Below, one piece after another: positions 1 to 9,551 of a DNA stretch of 64,000 bases; within the stretch, counting starts at the first letter, position 1, and the number at the start of each line of letters is the position of its first letter. The stretch lies in contig JANWHY010000008.1 of the NCBI GenBank assembly GCA_025450175.1, forward strand, positions 56,289 through 120,288, in the 5' to 3' direction. Made by a program: the position numbers and the translations under genes. The stretch comes from Minisyncoccota bacterium. GTDB taxonomy: Bacteria; Patescibacteriota; Minisyncoccia; Phycocordibacterales; Zambryskibacteraceae. The notes under the pieces are model-generated. The model made no database searches. It was not told the origin of the DNA and saw only the letters and a program-made list of their open reading frames with translations.

Positions 1-174
1 CATAAATCTCTAAGCAAAAGCTAAACTATTCTCTTAAGGGAGACTTTCAGTAGCTTGCTTTCGCAAGAACCAAAAGAATCCTCAGAAAATGGTCCGTTGC
101 TTAGAGATTTATGATCTGGATATTACCGAAGAGCTCTGTTACTTTCAACTCTAGTTTAGCATATAATAGTTTTT

Positions 175-1176
175 ATGTCAAGTAAACCCCAGGATCCTAC
201 CTTTCTCGACTCAGAGCTCCGACCTTCTACTTGGTCTGACTACATCGGGCAAAAGGCGATAAAAAACAACTTAAAAATCCTCATAGAGGCCGCCAATGCG
301 CGTGGCTCTGCACCTGAACATGTACTCTTCTATGGTCCACCGGGCCTCGGCAAGACCACCCTTGCTCATCTCATTGCTAAGGAGACTGGTCGTGCACTTA
401 AGGTAACCTCGGGACCAGCGATAGAGAGAGTGGGCGACCTAGCCTCTATACTTACAAACCTAGGAGCAGGAGAGATCCTCTTCATTGACGAGATTCATCG
501 CCTCAATAAGTCTATTGAAGAGGTCCTTTACCCAGCTATGGAGTCGGGGGTACTCGATATCATTATAGGCAAGGGCCCATCGGCGAGAACCTTGCAACTC
601 GAACTCCCTCCTTTCACTCTTCTTGCCGCTACCACTCGAGTCGCCATGATCTCTTCTCCCCTGCGCTCACGCTTCTCGGGTGGAGTCTTCCGACTCGAGT
701 TCTATACAGAAGATGAGATTGCGGAGATCTTACGCCGTTCGGCAAAAATATTGGGAGTGAATATAGAAGAAGGTGCCGAGAAGGAGATTGCCAAGCGATC
801 ACGCTTCACTCCCCGCACAGCGAACTACTTCCTCAAGCGTGCTCGCGACTTCGCCCAAGTGGAGAAGCGAATTCTTAATAAAGAGTCGGTAGAGGCGGCC
901 CTCAAACTCTTAGGCATAGACGAGAAGGGACTCTCACCCTCGGACAGAATGCTTCTTCACACAATCGCTGAGAAGTTCGGTGGCGGTCCAGTTGGCTTAT
1001 CCACTCTTGCTGCAGCACTCTCAGAAGAAGAGGCAACGCTAGAAGAGTTTAACGAACCATATCTCTTGCAATTAGGACTACTAGAGCGCACTAGTCGCGG
1101 CCGCGCACTCACCGAACACGGGTTCAAACACATTGGGAAACCTTTCCCAAAAAATCTTCAGAAGAAACTTCTATGA
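175..1176 (+). CDS. ruvB: Holliday junction branch migration helicase RuvB
   Basis: LRPxxxxDYIGQ, Walker A GPPGLGKTT, FIDEIHRL, SPLRSRF motifs. Confidence 0.97.
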   Translation: MSSKPQDPTFLDSELRPSTWSDYIGQKAIKNNLKILIEAANARGSAPEHVLFYGPPGLGKTTLAHLIAKETGRALKVTSGPAIERVGDLASILTNLGAGEILFIDEIHRLNKSIEEVLYPAMESGVLDIIIGKGPSARTLQLELPPFTLLAATTRVAMISSPLRSRFSGGVFRLEFYTEDEIAEILRRSAKILGVNIEEGAEKEIAKRSRFTPRTANYFLKRARDFAQVEKRILNKESVEAALKLLGIDEKGLSPSDRMLLHTIAEKFGGGPVGLSTLAAALSEEEATLEEFNEPYLLQLGLLERTSRGRALTEHGFKHIGKPFPKNLQKKLL

Positions 1177-1703
1177 GCGGACATAACAAATGGTCGAAGA
1201 TTAAACATAAGAAGGCGGGCACTGATGCTGCTAAGTCTAAAATATTTTCCAAGATGGCAAAATTAATTTCGACAGCATCAAAACAAGTTAATGGCGACAC
1301 CACCTCTCCCATCTTGCGCGCTGCTATTGATAAGGCTCGAGAGTACAACATGCCCGCCGACAACATTGAGCGGGCTGTTAAGAAGGGCTCAGAGGCAGAT
1401 AGCCAACAACTTGAAGCTATAACTTACGAAAGTTATGGCCCTGGTGGCTCCGCCCTCGTAATCGAAGCCCTCACCGCTAACAGAAACAAGGCTGCCCAAG
1501 AAGTGAAATTTATTTTATCTAAAAACGGATTCCAACTTGCAGCTCCTGGCTCTGCTACTTGGGCCTTTAGCAAGGAGAATGGTTCTTGGAATCCAAACAC
1601 CACCATCCCCCTATCAGAGGAAGATGAAAAAGTTTTAGAAAAATTAATTGAAGAACTCGAAGACAATGATGAAGTCCAGGAAGTCTACACCAATGCAGAG
1701 TAG
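1173..1703 (+). CDS. yebC: YebC/PmpR family protein (internally shortened, 176 aa)
   Basis: MSGHNKWSKIKHKK start, YEsYGPGG, C-terminal DEVQEVYTN. Confidence 0.93.
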   Translation: MSGHNKWSKIKHKKAGTDAAKSKIFSKMAKLISTASKQVNGDTTSPILRAAIDKAREYNMPADNIERAVKKGSEADSQQLEAITYESYGPGGSALVIEALTANRNKAAQEVKFILSKNGFQLAAPGSATWAFSKENGSWNPNTTIPLSEEDEKVLEKLIEELEDNDEVQEVYTNAE

Positions 1704-2169
1704 GGTGCTCGGTGTTGATCCTGGGTTTGATAGGGTTGGAGTTGCCGTGCTTGAGAAAGACAAAGTTCTTTTTTCCAAATGTATTGAGACAAACAGGAAG
1801 GAGGACCACTCGGTGCGACTACTCCAGATTGGGCAAGAGATTGAGAAAGTTATTGAGAAGTGGGCACCCAATGCTCTTGCTATAGAGAAACTCTTCTTCA
1901 ACCAGTCTGTGACTAATGCGCTCAAGGTAGCTGAGGCGCGCGGAGTGATCATCTTCGAAGCGGCAAGAGCGGGGCTAGAAATCTTTGAATATTCTCCCCA
2001 AGAAACTAAGATTGCGGTAACAGGTTACGGTAAGGCAGATAAAAGGCAGGTTGAGACAATGGTACGTAAACTGGTAGAAATACCAGCCAAATCAGCTAAG
2101 AAACTTGACGACGAACTCGATGCTATTGCCCTGGGGATTACTCATCTTGCACACGCCAGAGCTATTTGA
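1693..2169 (+). CDS. ruvC: Holliday junction resolvase RuvC
   Basis: VLGVDPG, AIEKLFF, AEARGV, GYGKADK, DDELDAIA; probable start ATG 1693. Confidence 0.95.
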   Translation: MQSRVLGVDPGFDRVGVAVLEKDKVLFSKCIETNRKEDHSVRLLQIGQEIEKVIEKWAPNALAIEKLFFNQSVTNALKVAEARGVIIFEAARAGLEIFEYSPQETKIAVTGYGKADKRQVETMVRKLVEIPAKSAKKLDDELDAIALGITHLAHARAI

Positions 2170-2250
2170 TACAAATAAGAGCATTCAAAAAATGCCGAAG
2201 TAATCTAGAGGGCATTTAAGAATTAAAAAATAATAAAAATTTAAATTATT

Positions 2251-2388
2251 ATGGATGACGAGATTAGAGATGAGGATCTTGATGCAGATGAAGAAAAATT
2301 AAATATAGATGGCGAGTTAGATGATGACGATGAGAGTGTGGATCCGGAGGAAGAAGAGGTTGAAGATGAAGAAGAGGAAGCTATCTAA
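2251..2388 (+). CDS. small highly acidic protein (45 aa, not in ORF track)
   Basis: ATG 2251 to TAA 2388 reads MDDEIRDEDLDADEEKLNIDGELDDDDESVDPEEEEVEDEEEEAI; followed directly by a terminator. Confidence 0.7.
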   Translation: MDDEIRDEDLDADEEKLNIDGELDDDDESVDPEEEEVEDEEEEAI

Positions 2389-2422
2389 ACAAAAACCCCG
2401 ACCTAGGTCGGGGTTTTTGTTT
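2387..2422. terminator. bidirectional intrinsic terminator
   Basis: perfect palindrome AAACAAAAACCCCGACCTAGGTCGGGGTTTTTGTTT between convergent genes. Confidence 0.9.
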
Positions 2423-3554
2423 AACTTCTTTTTATCTTTATAAACCGATGCTTACCTATGCGATAGACTCCTGGTTCCAATTCACTAATAGCTCCATCCT
2501 TCTCTAAGCGATTGAACTCTGTCTTAGATGCCACCAACCCATTTTCTAAAAGAATTTCAATAAGAGGCTTGCCACTAGTTACTTCTAGAATGTTTTCCGG
2601 CACTCCCCCCTTGGAGAAAGTGGATTCGAAGTTTTCTTGAACTTCGCGTGCAACATCTTGTGTGTTGAGTATAGAAACAATTTCAAACGCAAGGCGAGCC
2701 TTGGCTTCTTTAGGGTGACCACCTACTATTTCTCCCACCTCTTCCATTCCCACTCGAGTTAGACACTCGAAGCACTGACGCACAACATCATCAGGAAGAG
2801 CCATGATCTTCCCGTATAGATTGTTTGGATCATCTTGTAGAGCGATTACATTGCCCTCAGATTTGCCAATCTTATTACCTGAGCTGTCTGCAATAAGCGG
2901 CGTGGTCATTACAAATTTCTCTTTGCCCTTCATGGACTTTATGAGACCTCTACCTGCAAGCATGTTAAATGTCTGATCACTTCCACCCACTTCTAGATCT
3001 ACATCCAGAGCAACAGAGTCATAAGCTTGGAAAAATGGGTACAACACTTCTCTCATATTAAGACTCTCACCACTTTTAATCCGTTCTTGGAAAAGATCCC
3101 TTTCTGCTAACTGTTGCCAGGAGAAGTGCCCCGCAATTTCTAGAAACTCCGGAATAGTTAATTTATTTATCCAATCTGCATTAAACCGGACCTCAACAGG
3201 ATTCTCTCCATCAAACCTTATAATCTTTTCTGCCTGCAATACATAGTCTGTCGCATTCTGTCGTAACTCTTCTCTAGTAAAAAACTTTTCACGCGATTTT
3301 GTTTTTCCAGAAGGATCTCCGGCTTGCCCCGTACCATCCCCAATAAGGAAAACTACTTTGTGCCCAAGATCTTGCCAGTCTCGTAACTTCATTAATCCAA
3401 CCATATGACCCAAGTGGAGCTTGTCTCCAGTAGGATCGAAGCCTTGGTAGAGTTTGAGTTTCTTACCAGATGCCAAAACCTCTCTCAACTCATCTTTAGA
3501 GGGATAAATTTTGTCCACCCCGCGCGTGAGGAGCTCATCAATTTCCTTACTCAT
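2421..3554 (-). CDS. tyrS: tyrosine--tRNA ligase (reduced C-terminal S4 region)
   Basis: GFDPTGDKLHLGH (HIGH), GGSDQTFN, KIGKS (KMSKS). Confidence 0.96.
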   Translation of the reverse strand: MSKEIDELLTRGVDKIYPSKDELREVLASGKKLKLYQGFDPTGDKLHLGHMVGLMKLRDWQDLGHKVVFLIGDGTGQAGDPSGKTKSREKFFTREELRQNATDYVLQAEKIIRFDGENPVEVRFNADWINKLTIPEFLEIAGHFSWQQLAERDLFQERIKSGESLNMREVLYPFFQAYDSVALDVDLEVGGSDQTFNMLAGRGLIKSMKGKEKFVMTTPLIADSSGNKIGKSEGNVIALQDDPNNLYGKIMALPDDVVRQCFECLTRVGMEEVGEIVGGHPKEAKARLAFEIVSILNTQDVAREVQENFESTFSKGGVPENILEVTSGKPLIEILLENGLVASKTEFNRLEKDGAISELEPGVYRIGKHRFIKIKRS

Positions 3555-3596
3555 ATCGTCAAATTTAGCATGAAATATGCTAAAATGGCTATTCTA

Positions 3597-5723
3597 ATGA
3601 TTTGGAAACTTCGCCATTCCAACCGCTTTTTGGCTATCGCGACCATCCTCCTGTTCGTGTGTGGGCTGTTCATCTTATGGACGGCTTCACTACGTATTCC
3701 AGCCCTGGAGGACATCTCAGAGAGGAAAATTGACCAATCCACCAAGATTTATGACCGTACAGGAGAGATCCTCCTATACGACATGGCTCGAGACACCCGC
3801 AGAGCCTTGATACCATTCGAAGATATTGCCTACAGCACCAAGGCTGCGACTCTGGCTATTGAAGATAGAAACTTCTATTCCCACGGAGGCTTCGAGTTCA
3901 AATCCTTCCTTCGAGCAGTGTTTGTAAACCTCACTAGCCTCTCATTCAGTCAGGGAGGCTCAACCATTACTCAGCAAGTAGTGAAGAACTCCATTCTCAC
4001 CAAAGACAAGACCCCTACTCGCAAACTTAAAGAACTGATCTTAGCTATAAAACTTGAGAAGGTCTTATCTAAAGATGAGATTCTATCTCTCTACCTCAAT
4101 GAGATCCCTTATGGTGGCACTATCTACGGCATAGAGGAAGCCTCGAGAAGCTTCTTTGCTAAGCCGGCTAAAGAGCTCACTCTGACTGAGTCCGCCTATC
4201 TTGCCTCTTTGCCTAAAGCCCCAACATATTACTCCCCGTATGGATCACACCGCGAAGACCTCGAGGCCAGAAAGAATCTCGTGTTACAGAGAATGCTTGA
4301 GAGCGGATTCATCACTAAAGAAGATTTTGATACAGCCGTGGCTGAGAAGGTTGAGTTCCAGCCGAAGCAAAACACAGGGAGTATCCGCGCCCCACACTTC
4401 GTTTTCTTTGTGATAGATCAATTGGCCAAAAAGTATGGTGAGGACACTCTCATCAATGGCGGCTTCAGGATTATTACCACACTCGATTACAATCTGCAGA
4501 AGGAGGCAGAGGCCAACGCCCTTTCTTATGGCAAAACTAATGCAGAGAAGTTTAATGGGACCAACAATGCCCTTGTGGCTATAGATCCGAAAACTGGAGA
4601 GATCTTGGCAATGGTGGGCTCTAGGAACTACTTCGACAAAGATATTGATGGCAACTTCAACGCCTCTATGGGCTTCCGCCAGCCAGGCTCAACCTTTAAA
4701 CCATTTGTCTACGCTACGATGTTTAACAAGGGCTACACAGACCAGACAGTTTTATATGATGTTCCTATCCAATTTGTGCCTAACTGTGCGCCCAACAACT
4801 TCGTAACCGACGATACCTGTTATGCCCCAGTAGACTACGACGGACGCTCAAGAGGTCCAATGACCATTAGAAATGCTTTGGCCCAATCAGTAAACGTTCC
4901 TGCAGTCCAAGGAGTCTACCTCGCTGGTGTGCGTGAGTCTATCTCTACAGCTAAGAGCATGGGTATCACTACCTTGAACGATCTCAGCCGCTACGGTCTC
5001 TCTATCGTCTTGGGAGGTGGCGAGGTGACCCTTCTGGATATGACCTCGGCTTACTCAGTGTTTGCAAATGATGGAGTTAGAAACCCTTACACCCCATACC
5101 TATGGGTTGAGGATGCTGATGGCAATATCATCGACCGCTACACCAACTCTCCCTCTCGAGTATTATCGACTGATACTGTGCGCCTGATGAACGATATTTT
5201 GTCCGACAACGTGGCTCGTACACCTGGCTTCGGCGCTAACTCTGCCCTGTACATCCCTGGGCGCCCGGTCGCAGTAAAAACAGGTACCTCCAACGACTAC
5301 CGCGATGCCTGGATTATTGGCTATACTCCAAACCTCGTTGTTGGTGCCTGGGTCGGTAACAATGACAACTCCCCTATGGCCAAGAGAGTCTCTGGTTTGG
5401 TTGTAGCCCCTATGTGGCACGCTTATATGGAGAAGATCCTACCCGAGATACCTGTAGAATACTTCACCTCACCAGAGCGAGAGGATCTTAGTTCTCTTAA
5501 GCCTGTATTACGTGGTGATTGGTCTACAGGAGGTATCCACTCCATTCTCTACTGGGTAGACAAGGACAATCCTCGCGGACCCGCGCCTTCCAATCCTAGT
5601 AACGATCCTCAATTTAAAAACTGGGAATACAGTATCAACCTATGGGGTCTAACAGCTGGCTTTACGACTGGTTCATCGGCATCACCAGATACAGGAAGCT
5701 CGAATCCCCTACCCCCTCAATAA
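3597..5723 (+). CDS. class A penicillin-binding protein (transglycosylase/transpeptidase)
   Basis: AIEDRNFYSH, QGGSTITQQ, RKLKE, LYLNEIPYG; SxxK (STFK), SxN (SVN), KTG; start uncertain (3570/3585/3597). Confidence 0.93.
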   Translation: MIWKLRHSNRFLAIATILLFVCGLFILWTASLRIPALEDISERKIDQSTKIYDRTGEILLYDMARDTRRALIPFEDIAYSTKAATLAIEDRNFYSHGGFEFKSFLRAVFVNLTSLSFSQGGSTITQQVVKNSILTKDKTPTRKLKELILAIKLEKVLSKDEILSLYLNEIPYGGTIYGIEEASRSFFAKPAKELTLTESAYLASLPKAPTYYSPYGSHREDLEARKNLVLQRMLESGFITKEDFDTAVAEKVEFQPKQNTGSIRAPHFVFFVIDQLAKKYGEDTLINGGFRIITTLDYNLQKEAEANALSYGKTNAEKFNGTNNALVAIDPKTGEILAMVGSRNYFDKDIDGNFNASMGFRQPGSTFKPFVYATMFNKGYTDQTVLYDVPIQFVPNCAPNNFVTDDTCYAPVDYDGRSRGPMTIRNALAQSVNVPAVQGVYLAGVRESISTAKSMGITTLNDLSRYGLSIVLGGGEVTLLDMTSAYSVFANDGVRNPYTPYLWVEDADGNIIDRYTNSPSRVLSTDTVRLMNDILSDNVARTPGFGANSALYIPGRPVAVKTGTSNDYRDAWIIGYTPNLVVGAWVGNNDNSPMAKRVSGLVVAPMWHAYMEKILPEIPVEYFTSPEREDLSSLKPVLRGDWSTGGIHSILYWVDKDNPRGPAPSNPSNDPQFKNWEYSINLWGLTAGFTTGSSASPDTGSSNPLPPQ

Positions 5724-6765
5724 CAATTGGCTTAGCTTGTCCACTAAAGTTTAGTGCCAGACTATCAGTACCTACAGACTGGAAGCAGTCGGTAAAGTAT
5801 CGGTGGTTAATGTTTATAGAAATATCCTCTCCTTCAATAACAGCTTCCACCTTATTCACATTCTCGCCCACAGTTGTATTCTTTGCCTCTATTTCGAAAG
5901 TCTTCTCCTTAGGTGCCACCTTGAGAGTAAGTTGATTGAAGGAGTCTGAGAAGATAAGACTCGTCTTGAGTGAGTTGATGAGGTCTTGCTTAAGTAAGAC
6001 GACCTTAGAGGTCATCTTCTTCGGGATAATTTGCTTATAGTCTGGGAAAACTCCATCAATAATACGTGTAGTGAGATAGATATTCTGGGATCTCATAGCC
6101 ATTTGGTGCTCGGAGATGGTTATCGAGATCTCTTCTTCTCCTCGATCGAAGATTCTTGTAATTTCTAAGGCATTTTTCTGAGGGATAAGGATTTGCTTGA
6201 AGCTTGGTGCTTTCTTGATCCGAATCTTCTTCTCCGCTAGACGGAAGGAGTCGGTGGCGGCAAAGACCAAGAACTCTCCCTCGTGTGTTATGGCGACACT
6301 TGAGAGCTCTGGTTTGATACTACCTACCGCTGAGGCATAAATAACTGATCTAATGCCAAAAATGAGGTCCCTAGTGGGTATTACAAACGACTTACTATCA
6401 TCAATCTCAGTAATAATTGGAAAGTCTTCAATAGGAAGAGTTTTTATGTTTGTTTTGGAAGAATTAGTTTTGAGCTCAAGGACCTGATCTTTGGTATTGA
6501 TATGAATATTTTTATCATTTGATAGTGATGAGACAAAAGATGATATAACACTTGCGGGCACAACCACCTGACCAGGCTCAGTCACCTTCACGGGAATGTT
6601 TATAGAAATACCAAGATCAAGATTAGTAGCTTTAATGGACAAATTATTCTTACTGGCTTCCAAATAAAGACCAGAGAGGGTGGGGAGAGAAATGTTTTTA
6701 GCTGCAATCTTCTCAGCCTTATTGAGTGCGTTATCCAACTGTTCCTTAATAGATTCTATTTTCAT
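5662..6765 (-). CDS. dnaN: DNA polymerase III beta clamp
   Basis: ATNLD, ATDSFRLA, GVFPDY, YLVMPM; next to dnaA. Confidence 0.96.
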   Translation of the reverse strand: MKIESIKEQLDNALNKAEKIAAKNISLPTLSGLYLEASKNNLSIKATNLDLGISINIPVKVTEPGQVVVPASVISSFVSSLSNDKNIHINTKDQVLELKTNSSKTNIKTLPIEDFPIITEIDDSKSFVIPTRDLIFGIRSVIYASAVGSIKPELSSVAITHEGEFLVFAATDSFRLAEKKIRIKKAPSFKQILIPQKNALEITRIFDRGEEEISITISEHQMAMRSQNIYLTTRIIDGVFPDYKQIIPKKMTSKVVLLKQDLINSLKTSLIFSDSFNQLTLKVAPKEKTFEIEAKNTTVGENVNKVEAVIEGEDISININHRYFTDCFQSVGTDSLALNFSGQAKPIVIEGVGDSSFLYLVMPMNQS

Positions 6766-6980
6766 TATAAAAATTTATTATTACTTATTAGGGGTGTTGA
6801 TTGTGGGTATAAGATTTTAATGTTGAGTTTGGTGGTCTTTTTCATCATTTCTTCATGATCCGTTTGGGGATAAGAACCCATATAGTCTGGATGGTTCTGG
6901 GTTTTCGTCTCGCGGCACTTTATCATAAAGGTTTTATTAACACCATTCTCCATAGTTCTCCACATAGTTCTATACAGCCA
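6766..6980. other. putative replication origin oriC (dnaA-dnaN spacer)
   Basis: DnaA-box-like 9-mers TGGGGATAA 6865, TTATTAACA 6934, TTCTCCATA 6946, TTCTCCACA 6956, TTCTATACA 6968; AT-rich tract next to the dnaN start; further TGTTTATAA x2 upstream of dnaA (about 8380-8399). Confidence 0.7.
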
Positions 6981-8316
6981 AGAGATTCCTAATCTGACCA
7001 ATCTCATCGGTCAGGCTCTCATCTTGTTTGATATCTGTTTTTATCTTCTCGCAGGAGTGGATGACGGTCGTGTGGTCTCTTCCTCCAAGCTTTTGTCCTA
7101 TAGATGGGTAAGAAATATTAAAGTCTTCTCTCAATATATACATAATAATTTGCCTCGGACGGATCACTTCCTTATGCCGAGTTTTCTCATAAATACTTTC
7201 TTCCTTAATATTGTAGAAGTCGGAAACAATCTTTACCACATCCTTAACGGCCATGGTTTTCTTGGGCTTAATATTATTTTTTATATAATTACGGGCATCG
7301 AGCATGGAGATCTCCTTGCTTTTGAGCTGAGCTTGGCAGAAGAGGGCGTTCAAAGCACCTTCGAGGTCTCGGATGTTGCCGTTGACCGTGTGGGCCAAGT
7401 AATCTATCACCTCTTCGGCAAGAGCCAGGCCTAGTTGGTTGGCCTTCGCCTTGATAATAGCGATACGTGACTCCTTGTCGGGTATAGGTATATCTACCGT
7501 CATGCCGGCAGAGAGACGAGACTTCAATCTCTCTTCAAGCCCGGTAATAAAGTATGGGTGTTTATCTGAGGAGAAGATGATCTGCCTATTGTTATCGTAA
7601 AGCGTGTTGAAGAGGTGGAAAAGCTCTTCTTGGAACTTCTGCTTATCGGCGAAAAACTGGATGTCGTCGACGATGAGTACGTCGTACTTACGATATTTCT
7701 CCTTAAATATAGCCATTTTCTGGTTCTGAAGGGCGTTCATGCAATCCTGGCCGAACTGCTCGGAGGTCATGTAGTAGACTCTTTTGCCAGGGCTAACGGT
7801 CTTTATGTAGTTACCCACAGCCTGGATGAGGTGAGTCTTCCCGTGGCCTGTGGGGCCATGGATGAAGAGTGGGTTGTACATAATGCCAGGCTTCTTGATA
7901 ACGGCCTGGGCTGCCGCATGAGCAAGCTCATTAAATGGCCCAATTACAAAGGTTTCGAAGGTGTAACGAGGGTTGAGGTTGTCATCTTTATTGACCTGAG
8001 TCTCGGGGAGAGGAAGTTCTCTAGTTTGGAGGTCCTCCTTATGGGTAAGATCCTTCTTACGTGGTCCCTCCTTATTCACAACGTACTCCACAGCATGGAT
8101 TGCGCTATTGAGGTTCCGTAAACTTCGCAAAATTGTGTTGTGGTACTTGGTAAGTAGCCACTCCTTCACAAAAGCATTAGGGACGGAGAGTACGATAACC
8201 CCTCCCTCTTCCTTAACTATCCATGTATCCTTAAACCAGGTTGTGAAGTTGGCGCTGGAGATGCCAAGTTCTATCTCTACTAGTACGCTCTGCCAGAGTT
8301 GCCTGTAATCGCTCAT
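6970..8316 (-). CDS. dnaA: chromosomal replication initiator DnaA
   Basis: LNPRYTFETFV, YNPLFIHGPTGHGKTHL, DDIQF, GGRDHTTVIH; start 8316 or 8334. Confidence 0.98.
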   Translation of the reverse strand: MSDYRQLWQSVLVEIELGISSANFTTWFKDTWIVKEEGGVIVLSVPNAFVKEWLLTKYHNTILRSLRNLNSAIHAVEYVVNKEGPRKKDLTHKEDLQTRELPLPETQVNKDDNLNPRYTFETFVIGPFNELAHAAAQAVIKKPGIMYNPLFIHGPTGHGKTHLIQAVGNYIKTVSPGKRVYYMTSEQFGQDCMNALQNQKMAIFKEKYRKYDVLIVDDIQFFADKQKFQEELFHLFNTLYDNNRQIIFSSDKHPYFITGLEERLKSRLSAGMTVDIPIPDKESRIAIIKAKANQLGLALAEEVIDYLAHTVNGNIRDLEGALNALFCQAQLKSKEISMLDARNYIKNNIKPKKTMAVKDVVKIVSDFYNIKEESIYEKTRHKEVIRPRQIIMYILREDFNISYPSIGQKLGGRDHTTVIHSCEKIKTDIKQDESLTDEIGQIRNLLAV

Positions 8317-8412
8317 AGGAATAGGTAACATCATAGCCTGTTTAACCCTCCCACAAAAACTTGTTAAAGTAAGGAAAAATGTTTATAATGTGTTTATAAC
8401 TTGTTGAGATAA

Positions 8413-8553
8413 ATGTCTAGAACATACAAACCTAAGAAGCGCAAACGCGCGCGTAGTCACGGCTTCCTTTCGAGGTCCAAAACTGCTGGTGGTCGCCGCA
8501 CTCTAAAGGCGAGAAGGAGAAAAGGGCGAAAGAAGCTAACAGTCACTAGTTAG
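8413..8553 (+). CDS. rpmH: 50S ribosomal protein L34 (not in ORF track)
   Basis: translates [46 protein letters not shown]; canonical position divergent from dnaA. Confidence 0.95.
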   Translation: MSRTYKPKKRKRARSHGFLSRSKTAGGRRTLKARRRKGRKKLTVTS

Positions 8554-8567
8554 TAGCCTCGAGCTTA

Positions 8568-8819
8568 ATGAGCTATTTCTATTTGCGTACCACTCCAGGC
8601 GAAGAAGTTAAGTTTATTATCTCTGTTTCTAAAAAAGTTTCTAAAAAAGCGGTAATCAGGAACAGAATTCGTAGAAGAGTGCGCCCAATTTTGAAAAAAT
8701 TAGATTTACCCACCAGGAAAGCTACATACTTTGTCGTTGCTAAGCCTGGCGCCGAAGTGATAAAAGGAAAAGAGCTAGAAGCTGAGATTTTAGGGTTAAT
8801 TAGGTCAATTAGAAATTAG
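8568..8819 (+). CDS. rnpA: ribonuclease P protein component (N-terminally short)
   Basis: ISVSKKVSKKAVIRNRIRRR RNR motif; between rpmH and yidC. Confidence 0.9.
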   Translation: MSYFYLRTTPGEEVKFIISVSKKVSKKAVIRNRIRRRVRPILKKLDLPTRKATYFVVAKPGAEVIKGKELEAEILGLIRSIRN

Positions 8820-8835
8820 AAATTATAATATAGAT

Positions 8836-9549
8836 ATGTCCTTCCTTTATCACACCTTCTTCTTTGATCCACTTCTTAATATCTTAGTTCTTTTCTTTAA
8901 GACTCTACCCTTCCTTGATGCTGGGGTTATTGTGATCCTCTTCACGATACTTGTGCGTCTACTCATGTTTCCTCTCTCGCGCAAAGCCGTGCATACGCAA
9001 GTGAAGATGGCCGAGATTGGTCCAGATCTGGCACGGATCAAAGAGCAGTATAAAGATAAGATGGAGGAACAAGCCAAAAAAACTCTTGAGCTCTATCAAC
9101 AAAAAGGGGTTAACCCGTTCTCTGGGATTCTCGTGGTGATCATACAGATCCCCATAATCTTCGCTCTTTATCGGATCTTCCTACACTTCCCAGATGTTAA
9201 CCCAGCTTTCTTATATCACTTTGTTACTCAACCCGAACATTTGAATACCACCTTCTTAGGACTCTTTGATCTCACAGAAAAGAGCGTCATCCTTGCGGTA
9301 ATTGCAGCTATCTCTACCTTTTACCAGATTAGAATATCAACTAAGCACGCTCCTAAGCCCGAGAGTAACTCCTTTAGTGATAATCTCACTCGTAATATGC
9401 AAACCCAGATGAAGTACTTCTTCCCTGTGATTGTATTCTTCATCTCCTACTCTATCTCCGGAGCTATTGCACTCTACTGGCTCACTACAAATATCTTTTC
9501 CGCTATTCAAGAAACTTTTGTACGGAGAAGGCTCGCAGTCAAAAGCTAA
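8836..9549 (+). CDS. yidC: membrane protein insertase YidC/Oxa1 (short form)
   Basis: TILVRLLMFPL, ELYQQKGVNPFSG, IQIPI, ALYWLTTN; synteny. Confidence 0.93.
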   Translation: MSFLYHTFFFDPLLNILVLFFKTLPFLDAGVIVILFTILVRLLMFPLSRKAVHTQVKMAEIGPDLARIKEQYKDKMEEQAKKTLELYQQKGVNPFSGILVVIIQIPIIFALYRIFLHFPDVNPAFLYHFVTQPEHLNTTFLGLFDLTEKSVILAVIAAISTFYQIRISTKHAPKPESNSFSDNLTRNMQTQMKYFFPVIVFFISYSISGAIALYWLTTNIFSAIQETFVRRRLAVKS

Positions 9550-9551
9550 AG

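Noticed and set aside
40-90. Hammerhead-like CTGAGGA...GAAA on the minus strand
   Set aside because: Stems flanking the core do not pair as a hammerhead requires
3405-3570. Long N-terminal extension of the PBP ORF
   Set aside because: Overlaps tyrS antisense; the TM anchor and -10 box point to a start at 3570-3597
6765-7007. 80-aa ORF between dnaA and dnaN
   Set aside because: Covers the DnaA-box-rich origin candidate and has no protein-like features
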